From Vulcanimicrobiota bacterium (GTDB lineage Bacteria; Vulcanimicrobiota; Vulcanimicrobiia; Vulcanimicrobiales; Vulcanimicrobiaceae), in contig CAWCIZ010000003.1 in assembly GCA_963795855.1 (NCBI GenBank), positions 992,001 to 1,056,000 on the forward strand: a stretch of 64,000 nt of DNA, written 5' to 3'. How positions within the stretch are numbered: the first letter of the stretch is position 1; the number at the start of each line of letters is the position of its first letter. Positions 10,421-20,281 of the stretch are shown here, piece after piece. Both the position numbers and the translations under genes were made by a program. Under the pieces are notes generated by a model that was not told the DNA's origin, searched no databases, and was given only the letters and a program-made list of their open reading frames with translations.

Positions 10421-10836
10421 CCCGGTGGAACGATGAGGTCGTGCACTTCGTACGAACCGTCGCCGTGTTCGAAGCGCAATTGCCAGTCGTCACGCGGCGG
10501 CGCGGGGAAAGTCGCGTTGAAATACGTCGACTGTTGCGGCGCGATGCTCGGAACCCCGCAAAACTGCGCGGACGGCGCGATGTCGTTGCCTCCGTCGCGC
10601 ACGAGCACGAATTCCCCGGGCGAACACTGCATGGCGTTTTTGCCGTCGTTCGTGATCGTTCCGGATACGACGAGGCCGACCATGGGCGCGCTGCCCGCGC
10701 TCGTTTTCATCGGAGCCGGAACCGCTTGGAGCGCCGAGAGAAACTGCTCCTTCGACAGCGTTCCGCCCCCGTGCGACTGCTGCGCGGCGCAGCCCGCGAG
10801 TACGGCGAGCGCTGTGATGAGAAAGACTGCGCGCAC
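10417..10836 (-). CDS. Hypothetical lipoprotein
   Basis: Lipobox LAGC; beta-rich mature part; coupled to its neighbours. Confidence 0.7.
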   Translation of the reverse strand: MRAVFLITALAVLAGCAAQQSHGGGTLSKEQFLSALQAVPAPMKTSAGSAPMVGLVVSGTITNDGKNAMQCSPGEFVLVRDGGNDIAPSAQFCGVPSIAPQQSTYFNATFPAPPRDDWQLRFEHGDGSYEVHDLIVPPG

Positions 10837-11491
10837 CTATTTCTTGCCCTTTTTTTCGCGCGCGATGGCCGCCTCACGGCGAAGGCGCGCTTCTTCCAAC
10901 TCGACGAACATGACGTCCACGACTTTCTCCACTTCGACGTTTTGCGCCGGAGGCGGTTCCTCGGTGCGTTTGGGTGGTTTCGCAGGCGCGGCCTTTTTCG
11001 GCGCTTCCGCGATCGGCGCGTCCTGCGCGTGGATCTTCCGCAGGAATTTCGAGTACGTCTCGGCAGCGCGCGCGCGGACTTCCTCCGACGCATCCAGGTT
11101 GAAGACGTCCGTAAAAAACGTCTTGCCGACCTCGCCGACCGTACCGTTCTCGGCGATGGTCTCGCCGTTGCGGACGAATCTCGTGCGCGGCGATGAAGCA
11201 GCCCGGCTCGATGGTCGCGCCGACGACGTACGCGCCCGGACCGATGATGCAGCTCTCGCCGATGCTCAGCGGAAACTGCATGACGCTGCCGCCGCTCGAC
11301 TTGAGCACGGCATTTTCCATGACGACGGTGTTCGCTCCGATGGTGACCGGCGCGCCCTCGGCGGTGACGACCACGCCATACAGAATCGCGCAGCCTTCCT
11401 CGACGGTTACGTCGCCGCTGAGCACGGCGGTCGGTGCGACGTAAACGCCCGCGTGGACGTTCGGTTTTTTCGTTCCGCTTGAAATCAGCAT
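10837..11491 (-). CDS. Gamma-carbonic-anhydrase/PaaY-like left-handed beta-helix protein (frameshift near 11180)
   Basis: YVAPTAVLSGDVTV, VTIGANT, SIGESCIIG hexapeptide repeats; charged C-terminal tail. Confidence 0.75.
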
Positions 11492-11501
11492 GCTCTTCTC
11501 G

Positions 11502-12515
11502 TTACCGTGAGGTGGGCGACGGCTGGTCGAGGCTCGCAAGGCCTTCCAGGTAGATTCTTCGGATAATGGATTCCAAATCCGGCTCCTCGATCGTCAGGTC
11601 GCGCAGTTCGAACCGCTGCGTTGCCTCCTGGATGAGTTGATCGGGGCGAACGTGGCGCCGGTCGAACCGGTACCGGACCGTGACGTGCTCGTTGGAAACA
11701 ATTTCGGCATTGCGCAAACCCGGGTCATCCGGCGGCGCGGTGAACGTCAGCACCAGCGTGCGATGCGTGCCGTACTCTTCTTTGATGCGCTCGATACCCC
11801 CGTCGTAAATCACCGTGCCGTTGTCGATGATCACGATGCGCCGGCACAGGCGTTCGACGTCGGCCAGGTCGTGCGTCGTGAGGATCACCGTGGTTCCGCG
11901 TTCCTCGTTGATGTGACGCACGAATTCGCGTATCGCTTCTTTGGCGATGACGTCCAAGCCGATCGTCGGCTCGTCCAAGTACACGATACGCGGATCGTGC
12001 AGCAGTGCCGCCGCGAAATCGCCGCGCATGCGCTGCCCGAGCGAGAGCTGCCGGACGGGCGTGCGAAGGAACGGCTCCATTTCGAGAATGCGCGTGAACG
12101 TCTGCAGATTCGCATCGTACCGCTCGCGCGGGATGCTGTAGATGGCGCGCAGCAGTTCGAACGATTCCACCAGCGGCAAATCCCAGTACAGCTGGCTTCG
12201 CTGCCCGAAGACCACCCCGATGTTGCGCGCGTTGCGTTTGCGATCGCGGTATGGAACGATGCCGGCGACCTCGATCGTGCCCGACGTCGGAACGAGGATT
12301 CCGGTGAGCATTTTGATCGTCGTGGACTTGCCGGCGCCGTTCGGCCCGATGTAGCCGACCAATTCGCCGGCTTCCACGTCGATGTCGACGTCTCGCACCG
12401 CGGCCTTCTCTTCGTAACTGCGCGTGAAGAGCGTGCGCATCGCTCCCGCCGCACCCGGCAGACGCTTGACCGAGCGGAAGACCTTGTTCAACCCCCGCGT
12501 GCGGATGATGGGCAT
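11502..12515 (-). CDS. ABC transporter ATP-binding protein (ABC-2 type)
   Basis: GPNGAGKST, LSLGQRMR, LDEPTIGLD, TTHD. Confidence 0.93.
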   Translation of the reverse strand: MPIIRTRGLNKVFRSVKRLPGAAGAMRTLFTRSYEEKAAVRDVDIDVEAGELVGYIGPNGAGKSTTIKMLTGILVPTSGTIEVAGIVPYRDRKRNARNIGVVFGQRSQLYWDLPLVESFELLRAIYSIPRERYDANLQTFTRILEMEPFLRTPVRQLSLGQRMRGDFAAALLHDPRIVYLDEPTIGLDVIAKEAIREFVRHINEERGTTVILTTHDLADVERLCRRIVIIDNGTVIYDGGIERIKEEYGTHRTLVLTFTAPPDDPGLRNAEIVSNEHVTVRYRFDRRHVRPDQLIQEATQRFELRDLTIEEPDLESIIRRIYLEGLASLDQPSPTSR

Positions 12516-12567
12516 CGTGTCCTCTTTACTCCAGGCCTCGGGCGGCCCTCGGAGGGAATAGGTTGGC

Positions 12568-13170
12568 GTGGTCATTACGATCTCCAACCGCTACGGATGC
12601 GGCGCCATTGCGATAGCGCATCTGGTCGCGGACCGCCTCGGTTACGCCTACGTCGACGACCAGTTGCCGGTGGTGGTGGCCAAAAGGCTAATGACCTCGG
12701 CGGCGGCCGTCATATCGGCCGAGGACGCCGCAAAAACCATGAGCGAGCGGATGTTGCTGGCGCTGGAATCGGGAACGCCGGAAGTGCGCGGTCAGGCGGC
12801 GGCGTCATTCGACGAAGAGTGTCTGTACGAAGTGCAGGAAGCCGTTCGCGAGTATGCGTCGCACGGGAATGCCGTCATCGTCGGACGCGGCGCGAACGCT
12901 ATACTCGGCCGGCGCCCCGACATTCTACGCGTCTTCATGCACGCGCCGCGCGACTGGCGCGTCCACCACATCATGGACGGGCACCGCGTCGACGAGAAGA
13001 CGGCCGCTTCCGAAGTCGAGCGTATCGACCGCGCGCGGGGCGAATACATGCGCGTCTACTACGGCGTGGCGTGGACGGATCCGGAGAACTACGATCTCTG
13101 CATCGATACGTCGACGTTCGCACCTGCGGCCTGCGCCGAAATCGTCGTTCGCGCCGTCCGGCCGCAATGA
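12568..13170 (+). CDS. Cytidylate kinase-like family protein
   Basis: VITISNRYGCG, VIVGRGA, YDLCIDTS. Confidence 0.85.
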   Translation: MVITISNRYGCGAIAIAHLVADRLGYAYVDDQLPVVVAKRLMTSAAAVISAEDAAKTMSERMLLALESGTPEVRGQAAASFDEECLYEVQEAVREYASHGNAVIVGRGANAILGRRPDILRVFMHAPRDWRVHHIMDGHRVDEKTAASEVERIDRARGEYMRVYYGVAWTDPENYDLCIDTSTFAPAACAEIVVRAVRPQ

Positions 13171-14411
13171 TCGAACGCACGCTCCCGCGCCGCCGCATCT
13201 CGCTCTTTTCCTCGCTGCAATTCCGCGATTTCCGGTTGCTCTGGTTCGGCCTGCTCATCTCCAACCTCGGCTCGTGGATGCAACTCACCGCTACAGGCTA
13301 CTTCATCGCGAAGCTCGCGGCGGATCCGCATACCGCTTCGCTCTACTTGGGTTTTCAGGGTTTGGGACGAGCGATTCCCGTGCTGCTGCTCTCGCCGGTT
13401 GCGGGGCTCGTCGCGGATACGTGGCCGCGCCGGCGCACGCTGTACTGGACAAATACGATCATGTCGCTGCTGGCACTGATTCTGGCGGTGTTCACTTCGC
13501 TGGGGTGGATGAACATCGTCGGCCTCATCCTGATCAACTCGGCGAATGCCGGGGCGATGTCGTTCGACTCACCGGCGCGCCAAAGTTGGGTTCCGCTGAT
13601 GGTGCCTCGCGAATACATCGGAAATGCGATTGGGCTGAACTCGGTCGCGTTCAACGCCCCTGCTGTGATCGGACCGGCCGTCGCCGGCGTGCTGATCGCG
13701 TCGATCGGTATCGCCGGTTCGTTCTACGTGAACGCCGTCGCAACGATGGCGGTCGTCGTCGCGCTGATGTTCATGCAGCCGGCTCCGCCGAGCACCTCGA
13801 TCCGCGACGAACCCTTCCTGCATTCGGTCGCGCAAGGTCTGCGCTTTCTATTTCAACACAAAATTCTGGGTGCGGTGATTACCGTGTTCATCGTCACGGC
13901 GCTGCTGGTGCGTCCGTACAGCACGCTGTTGCCCGCATTCATCGTCAACACGCTGCACGCAAACGCGAAAGGGCTCGGCGTCGCTATCGCGGCAACGGGC
14001 ATCGGCGGTTTTGCCGGCGCGCTGCTGACGGCTTATCTCGGCGCTCGCGAACGGCGCGGCGTCGTTTGGGCCGCTTCGGCGGTCGTGATGTCGTTTGGCG
14101 TCTTTTCCCTCGGCTTCATTTGGAATCTCTGGGTGACGCTGCCGGTGCTTTTTCTGATCGGCACGGCGACGCTCACCTTCCTGGGAGCGTCGAACACGCT
14201 CATTCAAACGCTTTCGCCGGACGACGTGCGAGGCCGCGCGATCTCGGTCTACACGATGGTCGCGCTTGGATTCGTGCCGGGCGGAGCGTTAATCGCCGGC
14301 GGGCTCGGCTCCGTGCTGAATCTGCACACCGCTTTCTTCATCGTCGGCGCGGCCAGCGCGGCCGTGGCGTTGTGGTTCTGGATCACGCGGCCCATCTTGC
14401 GCACCGTCTGA
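13167..14411 (+). CDS. MFS transporter
   Basis: FRDFRLLW, SNLGSWMQ, AGLVADTWPRR, DDVRGR; about 12 TM segments. Confidence 0.9.
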   Translation: MIERTLPRRRISLFSSLQFRDFRLLWFGLLISNLGSWMQLTATGYFIAKLAADPHTASLYLGFQGLGRAIPVLLLSPVAGLVADTWPRRRTLYWTNTIMSLLALILAVFTSLGWMNIVGLILINSANAGAMSFDSPARQSWVPLMVPREYIGNAIGLNSVAFNAPAVIGPAVAGVLIASIGIAGSFYVNAVATMAVVVALMFMQPAPPSTSIRDEPFLHSVAQGLRFLFQHKILGAVITVFIVTALLVRPYSTLLPAFIVNTLHANAKGLGVAIAATGIGGFAGALLTAYLGARERRGVVWAASAVVMSFGVFSLGFIWNLWVTLPVLFLIGTATLTFLGASNTLIQTLSPDDVRGRAISVYTMVALGFVPGGALIAGGLGSVLNLHTAFFIVGAASAAVALWFWITRPILRTV

Positions 14412-14418
14412 TCGCGGC

Positions 14419-14448
14419 AAAAAAAAAGCGCGCCGCTAGCGGCGCGCT
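14419..14448 (-). terminator. Intrinsic terminator of the basic-protein gene
   Basis: Perfect 22-bp palindrome AGCGCGCCGCTAGCGGCGCGCT (14427-14448) followed by a T-run on the minus strand. Confidence 0.8.
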
Positions 14449-14473
14449 GCATAAAAAACGCCGGAGCGTTTAT

Positions 14474-14797
14474 TTAGGCGGCGGCTGCAGCCTTCTTCCG
14501 GCGGGATGTCTTGCGGCGACGGGTCGTCGCTTTACGAGTGGTCTTGCGAGCTGCTTTACGGCGCGTCGTCTTTTTGCGTCCGGCAGATTTCTTGCGTCCG
14601 CCGGCTTTTTTACGTCCGCCGGCTTTTTTACGGCCGCCGGCCTTTTTGCGTCCGCCGGCCTTTTTGCGGCCACCGGTTTTACGCGTGCTCTTGCGGCGCG
14701 TCGCTGACGACTTCTTCGCAGCAGATTTCTTGCGGCGCGGAGCCGCTTTCTTAGCAGCGGCTTTCGGCGCCGCTTTCTTCGTACGTTTGACTGCCAT
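14474..14797 (-). CDS. Histone H1-like / protamine-like highly basic protein with GRKKAG repeats
   Basis: 107 aa, about 48% K+R, no D/E; synonymous codon variation among the repeats; AAAGGA upstream; own terminator. Confidence 0.8.
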   Translation of the reverse strand: MAVKRTKKAAPKAAAKKAAPRRKKSAAKKSSATRRKSTRKTGGRKKAGGRKKAGGRKKAGGRKKAGGRKKSAGRKKTTRRKAARKTTRKATTRRRKTSRRKKAAAAA

Positions 14798-14912
14798 TTC
14801 TAGCTTAAGTCATCCTTTCTCCGGCTGACAAGCAGCCAGGGTTGTTGACTCTGTTATACACAATTACCGGCGTAAACGCAAATTTCAGTCATCGAACGAT
14901 CGTGTGAGGACG

Positions 14913-15715
14913 ATGCGAATACAGGTTGACGACGCGACCATCGACGTTTCGAGCGACGGATCCGGCGATCCGATCGTGCTGATCCACGGCTTCCCGCTAA
15001 CGCGCGAGGTGTGGGATTCGCAGGCCGCGCAGCTCGCTGCGCACGCGCGTGTGATACGTCCGGACATGCGCGGATGCGGACGATCCAGCGCGCCGGAAGG
15101 GCCGTATTTGATGGAAACGCTCGCCGGCGACGTTGCGGCGATACTTGATGCGATCGGTGTCGAGCGCGCCGCGATCGTCGGTCATTCGATGGGCGGTTAC
15201 GTTGCAATGGCGTTCTGCCGGATGTACGCAGAGCGGGTGACGCGACTGGGTTTGGTGTGCAGCAGACTCGCCGCCGACACGCCGCAAGCCGCAAAAGATC
15301 GCGAAATCTCACTCAGCGCGTCGAGCAAGAAGATCGCATCGACGCGATCGTGGACGCCTACGTGCCGCGAGAATTTGCGCCGGCAGCGCTTGAAGAGCGC
15401 TCGCCGATCGTCGCACACGCGCGCGCCATCGCAAAAGAAACGAGCGTGAAAGGCGCCGCCGCGCTACTTCGCGGAATGGCACAGCGCGTCGAATCGTACG
15501 ACATTGCCGAAGATCTCGACATGCCGGTGCTCGTGGTGGCCGGTGCCGCCGATCGGATCGTGGGGGTGGCGGAAGCGCAAGAGATGGTCCGGGCGTTCCC
15601 TCGGGCCGAGCTTCGGGTGATGAGCCGCAGCGGCCACCTCCCGATGCTCGAGGAACCGGACGCCCTCGGAGACGCGCTTCTCAGATTCGCGCGCAGCGGC
15701 GGATCAGGTTTATAA
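14913..15715 (+). CDS. Alpha/beta hydrolase (frameshift near 15310)
   Basis: LIHGFP, GHSMGG nucleophile, GAADRI, SGHLPMLE. Confidence 0.88.
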
Positions 15716-15848
15716 GGAAGAGGATGCCGAGGATGACCGCGGCCGCGACGGCTGCCGTGAGGAGCAGGGGGATGACGAAGTGCAGGACGGCTAGGATCAC
15801 CAGGATGGCAACCACGAGCAGTACGATGCGCAGGTAGACGTTGAGCAT
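15681..15848 (-). CDS. Small membrane protein, 55 aa, not in the ORF track
   Basis: MLNVYLRIVLLVVAILVILAVLHFVIPLLLTAAVAAAVILGILFLINLIRRCARI; AAGGAG upstream. Confidence 0.65.
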   Translation of the reverse strand: MLNVYLRIVLLVVAILVILAVLHFVIPLLLTAAVAAAVILGILFLINLIRRCARI

Positions 15849-15888
15849 GCCTTTTGCGGCTCCTTCGGGTGTACTTCTTTCATCTATC

Positions 15889-15905
15889 TACCGATAGTAT
15901 CGGTA
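15889..15905. promoter_or_regulatory. Inverted repeat between two divergent small genes
   Basis: TACCGATA-G-TATCGGTA. Confidence 0.45.
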
Positions 15906-15945
15906 AGGGTTTCGGGCCGCTTCGGCCCGCTTCAAGGAGGACTCC

Positions 15946-16104
15946 ATGGACGTCGGCGCGCTGGCGAGCAGCATGATGCTCTCGAACACCGCATCCGCGA
16001 TTACCACCGGCGTCATGAAGGACGCTCAGAACCTCGAGAAAGATCTGGTATCGCGGCTGTTCGGCTCGATCGGGCTCGGAACGGGTGTAGACGCCTACGC
16101 TTAG
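15946..16104 (+). CDS. Small protein, 52 aa, YjfB/putative motility family-like, not in the ORF track
   Basis: AAGGAGG RBS; MDVGALASSMM...VMKDAQNLEKDLVSRLFGSIGLGTGVDAYA; the C-terminal G..VDAYA resembles the YjfB family. Confidence 0.6.
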   Translation: MDVGALASSMMLSNTASAITTGVMKDAQNLEKDLVSRLFGSIGLGTGVDAYA

Positions 16105-16135
16105 CTGATCGCGCCGGGAAGGCGCCGCGCTGCGT

Positions 16136-16149
16136 CGAACGTTTGTTCG
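16136..16149 (+). promoter_or_regulatory. Gram-positive-type LexA (SOS) box
   Basis: CGAAC-GTTT-GTTCG, 9 nt before the ATG of a DNA repair helicase. Confidence 0.8.
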
Positions 16150-16158
16150 TTCACGCAC

Positions 16159-18766
16159 ATGGATCCGATTTTCGAAAACCTCCATCCGGACGTCGCGTCG
16201 TGGTGCGACGCGCATTTGCGCGAGCCTACGGTGCCGCAGCGTGCCGCAATACCGCTCGGCCTGGACAAGCGTAATCTGCTGATCTCTTCGCCGACCGGAA
16301 CGGGCAAAACGCTCGCGGCGTTCCTGCCGGTCATCTCGCGGCTCGCGGACCGCCGAGATCGTGACGAGCTGCATGCGCGCACGTTCGTACTCTACGTTTC
16401 GCCGCTGCGCGCGCTCGGTTACGACGTCGAACACAACGTTCGGCGCCCGATGCGCGAGATTGGGCTGCTCGAACGGCCGAACACCGAACGCGCACGCCTG
16501 CGGCGGGGCCGCATTCGCGAAACGCATGCGCGAACCGGCGTGCGGACGGGCGACACGCCGCGCGAAGAACGCCGCTTGATGCTTTCGCGGCCGCCGCACA
16601 TCCTCGTGACGACGCCCGAATCGCTTTCGGTCATGCTGGCGATGGAGTCATATCGCAAGACGCTCGCCGCCGTCGAGACGGTCATCGTCGACGAAGTGCA
16701 CGCTCTTGCCGGGAACAAGCGCGGCTCGCAACTCGCGCTGCTGCTCGAGTCGCTCGAAGAGATCGCGCCGCGAGCCCTTCAACCGGATTGGTCTGTCGGC
16801 CACTATTAGCCCGCTCGATCGCGTCGCACAGTTCCTGGCCGGCACCGGGCGAAGCTGTGAGATCGTCGACGCACGCGGGTTACGCTCGATCTCCATCGAC
16901 GTGGTGGCGCCGTTCACCGGCGCCATGGCGCCGCTGCCCACGATTGCGCGCACGGCCGCGGACTTGAGCGAACGCGAACGCTCGACGCTGGTCTTCACCA
17001 ACGTTCGCAGTCAAGCCGAGCGCGTCGCGCACGACATGGCTGCGTACGTCGAGCCGGATGCGCTCGAAACGATCGACGGCGAGCAGCGCGAAAAAGTCTA
17101 CGACGCGCGGATCGGCATTCACCATTCCGCGCTCGAACGGAGCGTGCGCCATCGCGTGGAAGCGGCACTGCGCGCCGGAAAACTTCGTACGGTCGTCTGC
17201 AGTTCCAGTCTGGAACTCGGCGTAGACATCGGGTGGATCGACCGCGTGCTGCTGATCGGCGGCGCCCGCGGCATGACGGCGGCGCTTCAGCGCGTGGGGC
17301 GCGCGGGACATCGGCCCGGTGCGGTAGCGCGAGGCACGATCATCGCGCAAGATCGCGACGACATCATCGAAGCAGCCGCGACCAAGCGATGCATCGCCGA
17401 CGGCGTGCTGGAAGAGGCGGCGATTCCGCAAGCGCCGCTCGACGTGCTCGCGCAGTGGCTCGTCGGCTTAGCCTGTTACGATAGGCGCGTACCGCTCGAA
17501 CAAGCGCTGTGCATCGCGCGTCGCGCGTACCCGTACGCGGATTTGCAGCGCGACGATCTCGTGCGCTGCGCGCAGTACCTTGCGGGCGCGGGTGCCGGTC
17601 CGGACGAAGCGCACGTGCGACGGTTGGGCTTCGACGGCGAAGCGCTGTACGGGCTGGGGCGTGAAGTCTGTTCCGCGTTTTTCGAAAACGTCGGCACGAT
17701 TCCGGACGAGCAGCATGTGACGGTCCGCATCAAGGGCGGGAACGCGGTAGGACGCGTCGAGGAAAGTTTCGTCAACGACCTGCAGGTCGGAGACGTCTTC
17801 GTTCTCAACGCGAAGACGCTGCGCGTGAAAGAGATCGGCGCGAGCGGAATCGTCGCGGAGCCGTTCGCGGGCCGGCCGACCGTACCGCAGTGGAGTTCGC
17901 ATCTCAAAGGCATTCCCGTTCCGCTCGCGCGCGAAATACACACGCTCCGTAACGGCGTCGCGGAACGGCTGCGAGCGGGTGAACCGGGGCCTGCGCTGGA
18001 GTGGCTGAAAGTTCGCTACGGACTGCGAAGCGCGGAAGCCGCGCACGTCGTTCGATACATCGCGCAGCAGTCCGCAATCTCTGCGATTCCTTCGGAGCGA
18101 AAACCTATCGTCGAAATTTATCGGATGGACCGGCGCCAAACCGCAGTGTATCACACCGGCGCAGGACGCCGCGTCAACGAAACGCTGGCGCGCGTCGTCG
18201 CCGCGCGCGTCTATTCGCAGATTGGCGCAAACACGACGCTGACGACGGATGACGGCGGCTTCATGCTGACGCTCCCTCGAGGCAAGACGCTGGCCGATGA
18301 GGCTTGGGCAGCACTGCTGCATGCGGAGAACTTCGATCGCGATTTGCTGGCGGGCTTGCGGTCCTCGCATCTGCTTCGCAACTTCTTCCGGTATGTCGCG
18401 AACACCGGGCTGCTCGTTCTGCGCCGTGCCGGAGGACGCGCGCTGCGGCGCGGAACGCTCGCGTGGAATAGTCAGAAGATTTTCGAGCGCCTCTACGCCG
18501 CAGATCGAAAGTTTCCGTTGCTGCGCGAAACGTTTCGCGCCGTCACCCGCGATGTGCTGGACGTGCCGGCTGCGCACGAGTACGTCGATGGAATCGAGGG
18601 CCGCCCGCGCGTGCTGCATCCGCTCGCGGCTTCGCCGTTTACGTTCGGTATTCTGACCTCCAGTTTCGGCGATTCCGTGATGCTCGACGATCGCGCAAGC
18701 ATGGTGCAAGCGCTTCACGAGCGCGTGCTCGAAGTGCTCGGCGAGGGCGAGGCAACGGCGGTATGA
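16159..18766 (+). CDS. lhr: Lhr-core-type DEAD/DEAH helicase (frameshift near 16775)
   Basis: SPTGTGKT, YVSPLRAL, TTPESL, DEVH, GLSAT, HHSAL, SSLELGVDIG, QRVGRAGH, NVGTIPD, C-terminal SPF. Confidence 0.9.
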
Positions 18767-19539
18767 ACGGCGCACCGCGGCCCGCCGCGTCCGTCGTGCC
18801 GCTGCTCTGCGGCGCGAGCGCGGCCGCACCGGGCGTGCTGTGGCTGCACGAAAGCCGCGCAATCGTTGCGGCGGACGTGCACTTTGCGTACGAGCACGTC
18901 ATCGGCGCGGCGCTCCCCGCCTGGAGCACCGCGGAAATCGTCGCCTCGCTCACGATAGCGGCGCGAAGTTTCCAAGCGAACGAAATCGTTTTGCTCGGCG
19001 ACGTCATCCACGGCAGCCGCATGAGCGAGGCTGCCGCGCGGTGCGTGCGCGACGCGTTGGACGTGCTGCGCGGCATCGCGACGCTCACAATCGTTGCCGG
19101 AAATCACGAAGGCCGATCGCGCGGTGCGGCGGTGCTGGGTGAAACGGTGGAATCCATCAGACGCGACGGCTGGCTTTTGCTGCACGGCGATCGTCCGCCT
19201 CAGGGCGTCGATAGTTTGTTCACGCGCAGCATCATCGGACATTTGCATCCGAGTCTCGCGCTGCGTGCGGGCACCAGCGCGCCTGCGTTTCTGGCTTCCG
19301 ACAAGCTGATCGTTTTGCCGGCCCTCACGCCGTACTCTCGCGGGCTCGACGTTTGCTCGGAAGCTTGTGCGAGTGCGCTGCTCCCGTGGGGTGTATCGCC
19401 GCGCGATCTCTGCGTTGTAATCGCCGCGGGCGAGTTGCTCTATCCGTTCGGTCTGCTTTCCGAACTGCGGCGTGTCGTGAACGCCGATGAAGGTGCGCTA
19501 GTGCGCAGAAAACCCGGACACCGCGGCCGGCAGCCATGA
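18763..19539 (+). CDS. Metallophosphoesterase (Lhr-associated endonuclease type)
   Basis: ADVH, LGDVIH, GNHE, LHGD, GHLHP, LPA; ATGA-coupled to lhr. Confidence 0.85.
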   Translation: MNGAPRPAASVVPLLCGASAAAPGVLWLHESRAIVAADVHFAYEHVIGAALPAWSTAEIVASLTIAARSFQANEIVLLGDVIHGSRMSEAAARCVRDALDVLRGIATLTIVAGNHEGRSRGAAVLGETVESIRRDGWLLLHGDRPPQGVDSLFTRSIIGHLHPSLALRAGTSAPAFLASDKLIVLPALTPYSRGLDVCSEACASALLPWGVSPRDLCVVIAAGELLYPFGLLSELRRVVNADEGALVRRKPGHRGRQP

Positions 19540-20280
19540 CGGGTGCGCGAAAATCAGCGCGCTCCAAAATAGCAGCAACGACCCCGCGACCGGCACCGCG
19601 GCGCGCCCGCCGCGGGACGTCTTCTCGAAGATCATCAACGCGGTGAGCGCGGCCATCCACCACAGATTCGCAAAACCCGCGGCAAAGCCGATCAGCATGA
19701 GCGCCCAGCAGCATCCCACGCAGAAGAGCCCGTGGCGCGTTCCCAAGCTGAATGCCGCCGCCGGACCACGCCGGTAATAGCGAACCAGAAAATTCGACGG
19801 AAGGCGGCACGCGCGCAGACACGCGTCCTTGAGCGGCGTGAACTGGAATACGCCCGCCGCCGCAAGCACGGCTCCGCTGATGAGCCAGGGATGCGCGGCC
19901 AGCCATGCGACGCGATCGACGGTGCGATGCAGCGCGACGTCGCCCGCGAATGCGAACGCTCCGAAAACCGACCACACCAGAACGTAACCACCGAGAAACA
20001 GCGTAATCGCCGTCGCAGGGCGCGCCTGTCCCGATGCTGCGATTGCGAACATGCGCATGAACGGAAGGCTCGACGGCAGCATCATCGCCGCAATCATCAC
20101 GAGCCAAGCGACGAGGAACAACGCGAGCGCAACTGCGCCAGGAGGTCCGCGCTCGATCAGCCGATCGTGATGCAGAAATACCGCCGAGCCGGAAACCTGC
20201 GCGGCAATGGCAATGCACCACGCGACCAGAACCGCGGCGGGAATTGCAATCGGCAATCCCGCCGGGCGCGTCGACTGCAT
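19498..20280 (-). CDS. DUF2182 predicted metal-binding membrane protein
   Basis: WLVMIAAMMLPS, QFTPLKDACLRACR, GLFCVGCCWALM. Confidence 0.88.
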   Translation of the reverse strand: MQSTRPAGLPIAIPAAVLVAWCIAIAAQVSGSAVFLHHDRLIERGPPGAVALALFLVAWLVMIAAMMLPSSLPFMRMFAIAASGQARPATAITLFLGGYVLVWSVFGAFAFAGDVALHRTVDRVAWLAAHPWLISGAVLAAAGVFQFTPLKDACLRACRLPSNFLVRYYRRGPAAAFSLGTRHGLFCVGCCWALMLIGFAAGFANLWWMAALTALMIFEKTSRGGRAAVPVAGSLLLFWSALIFAHPSWLPAAVSGFSAH

Positions 20281-20281
20281 G

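Noticed and set aside
11637..14411. 924-aa plus-strand ORF
   Set aside because: Only the part from 13167 is the MFS protein; the rest is antisense or off-frame shadow of real genes.
14570..14680. 18-nt tandem repeats as a CRISPR array or VNTR
   Set aside because: No spacers and no cas genes; these are in-frame coding repeats of the basic protein.
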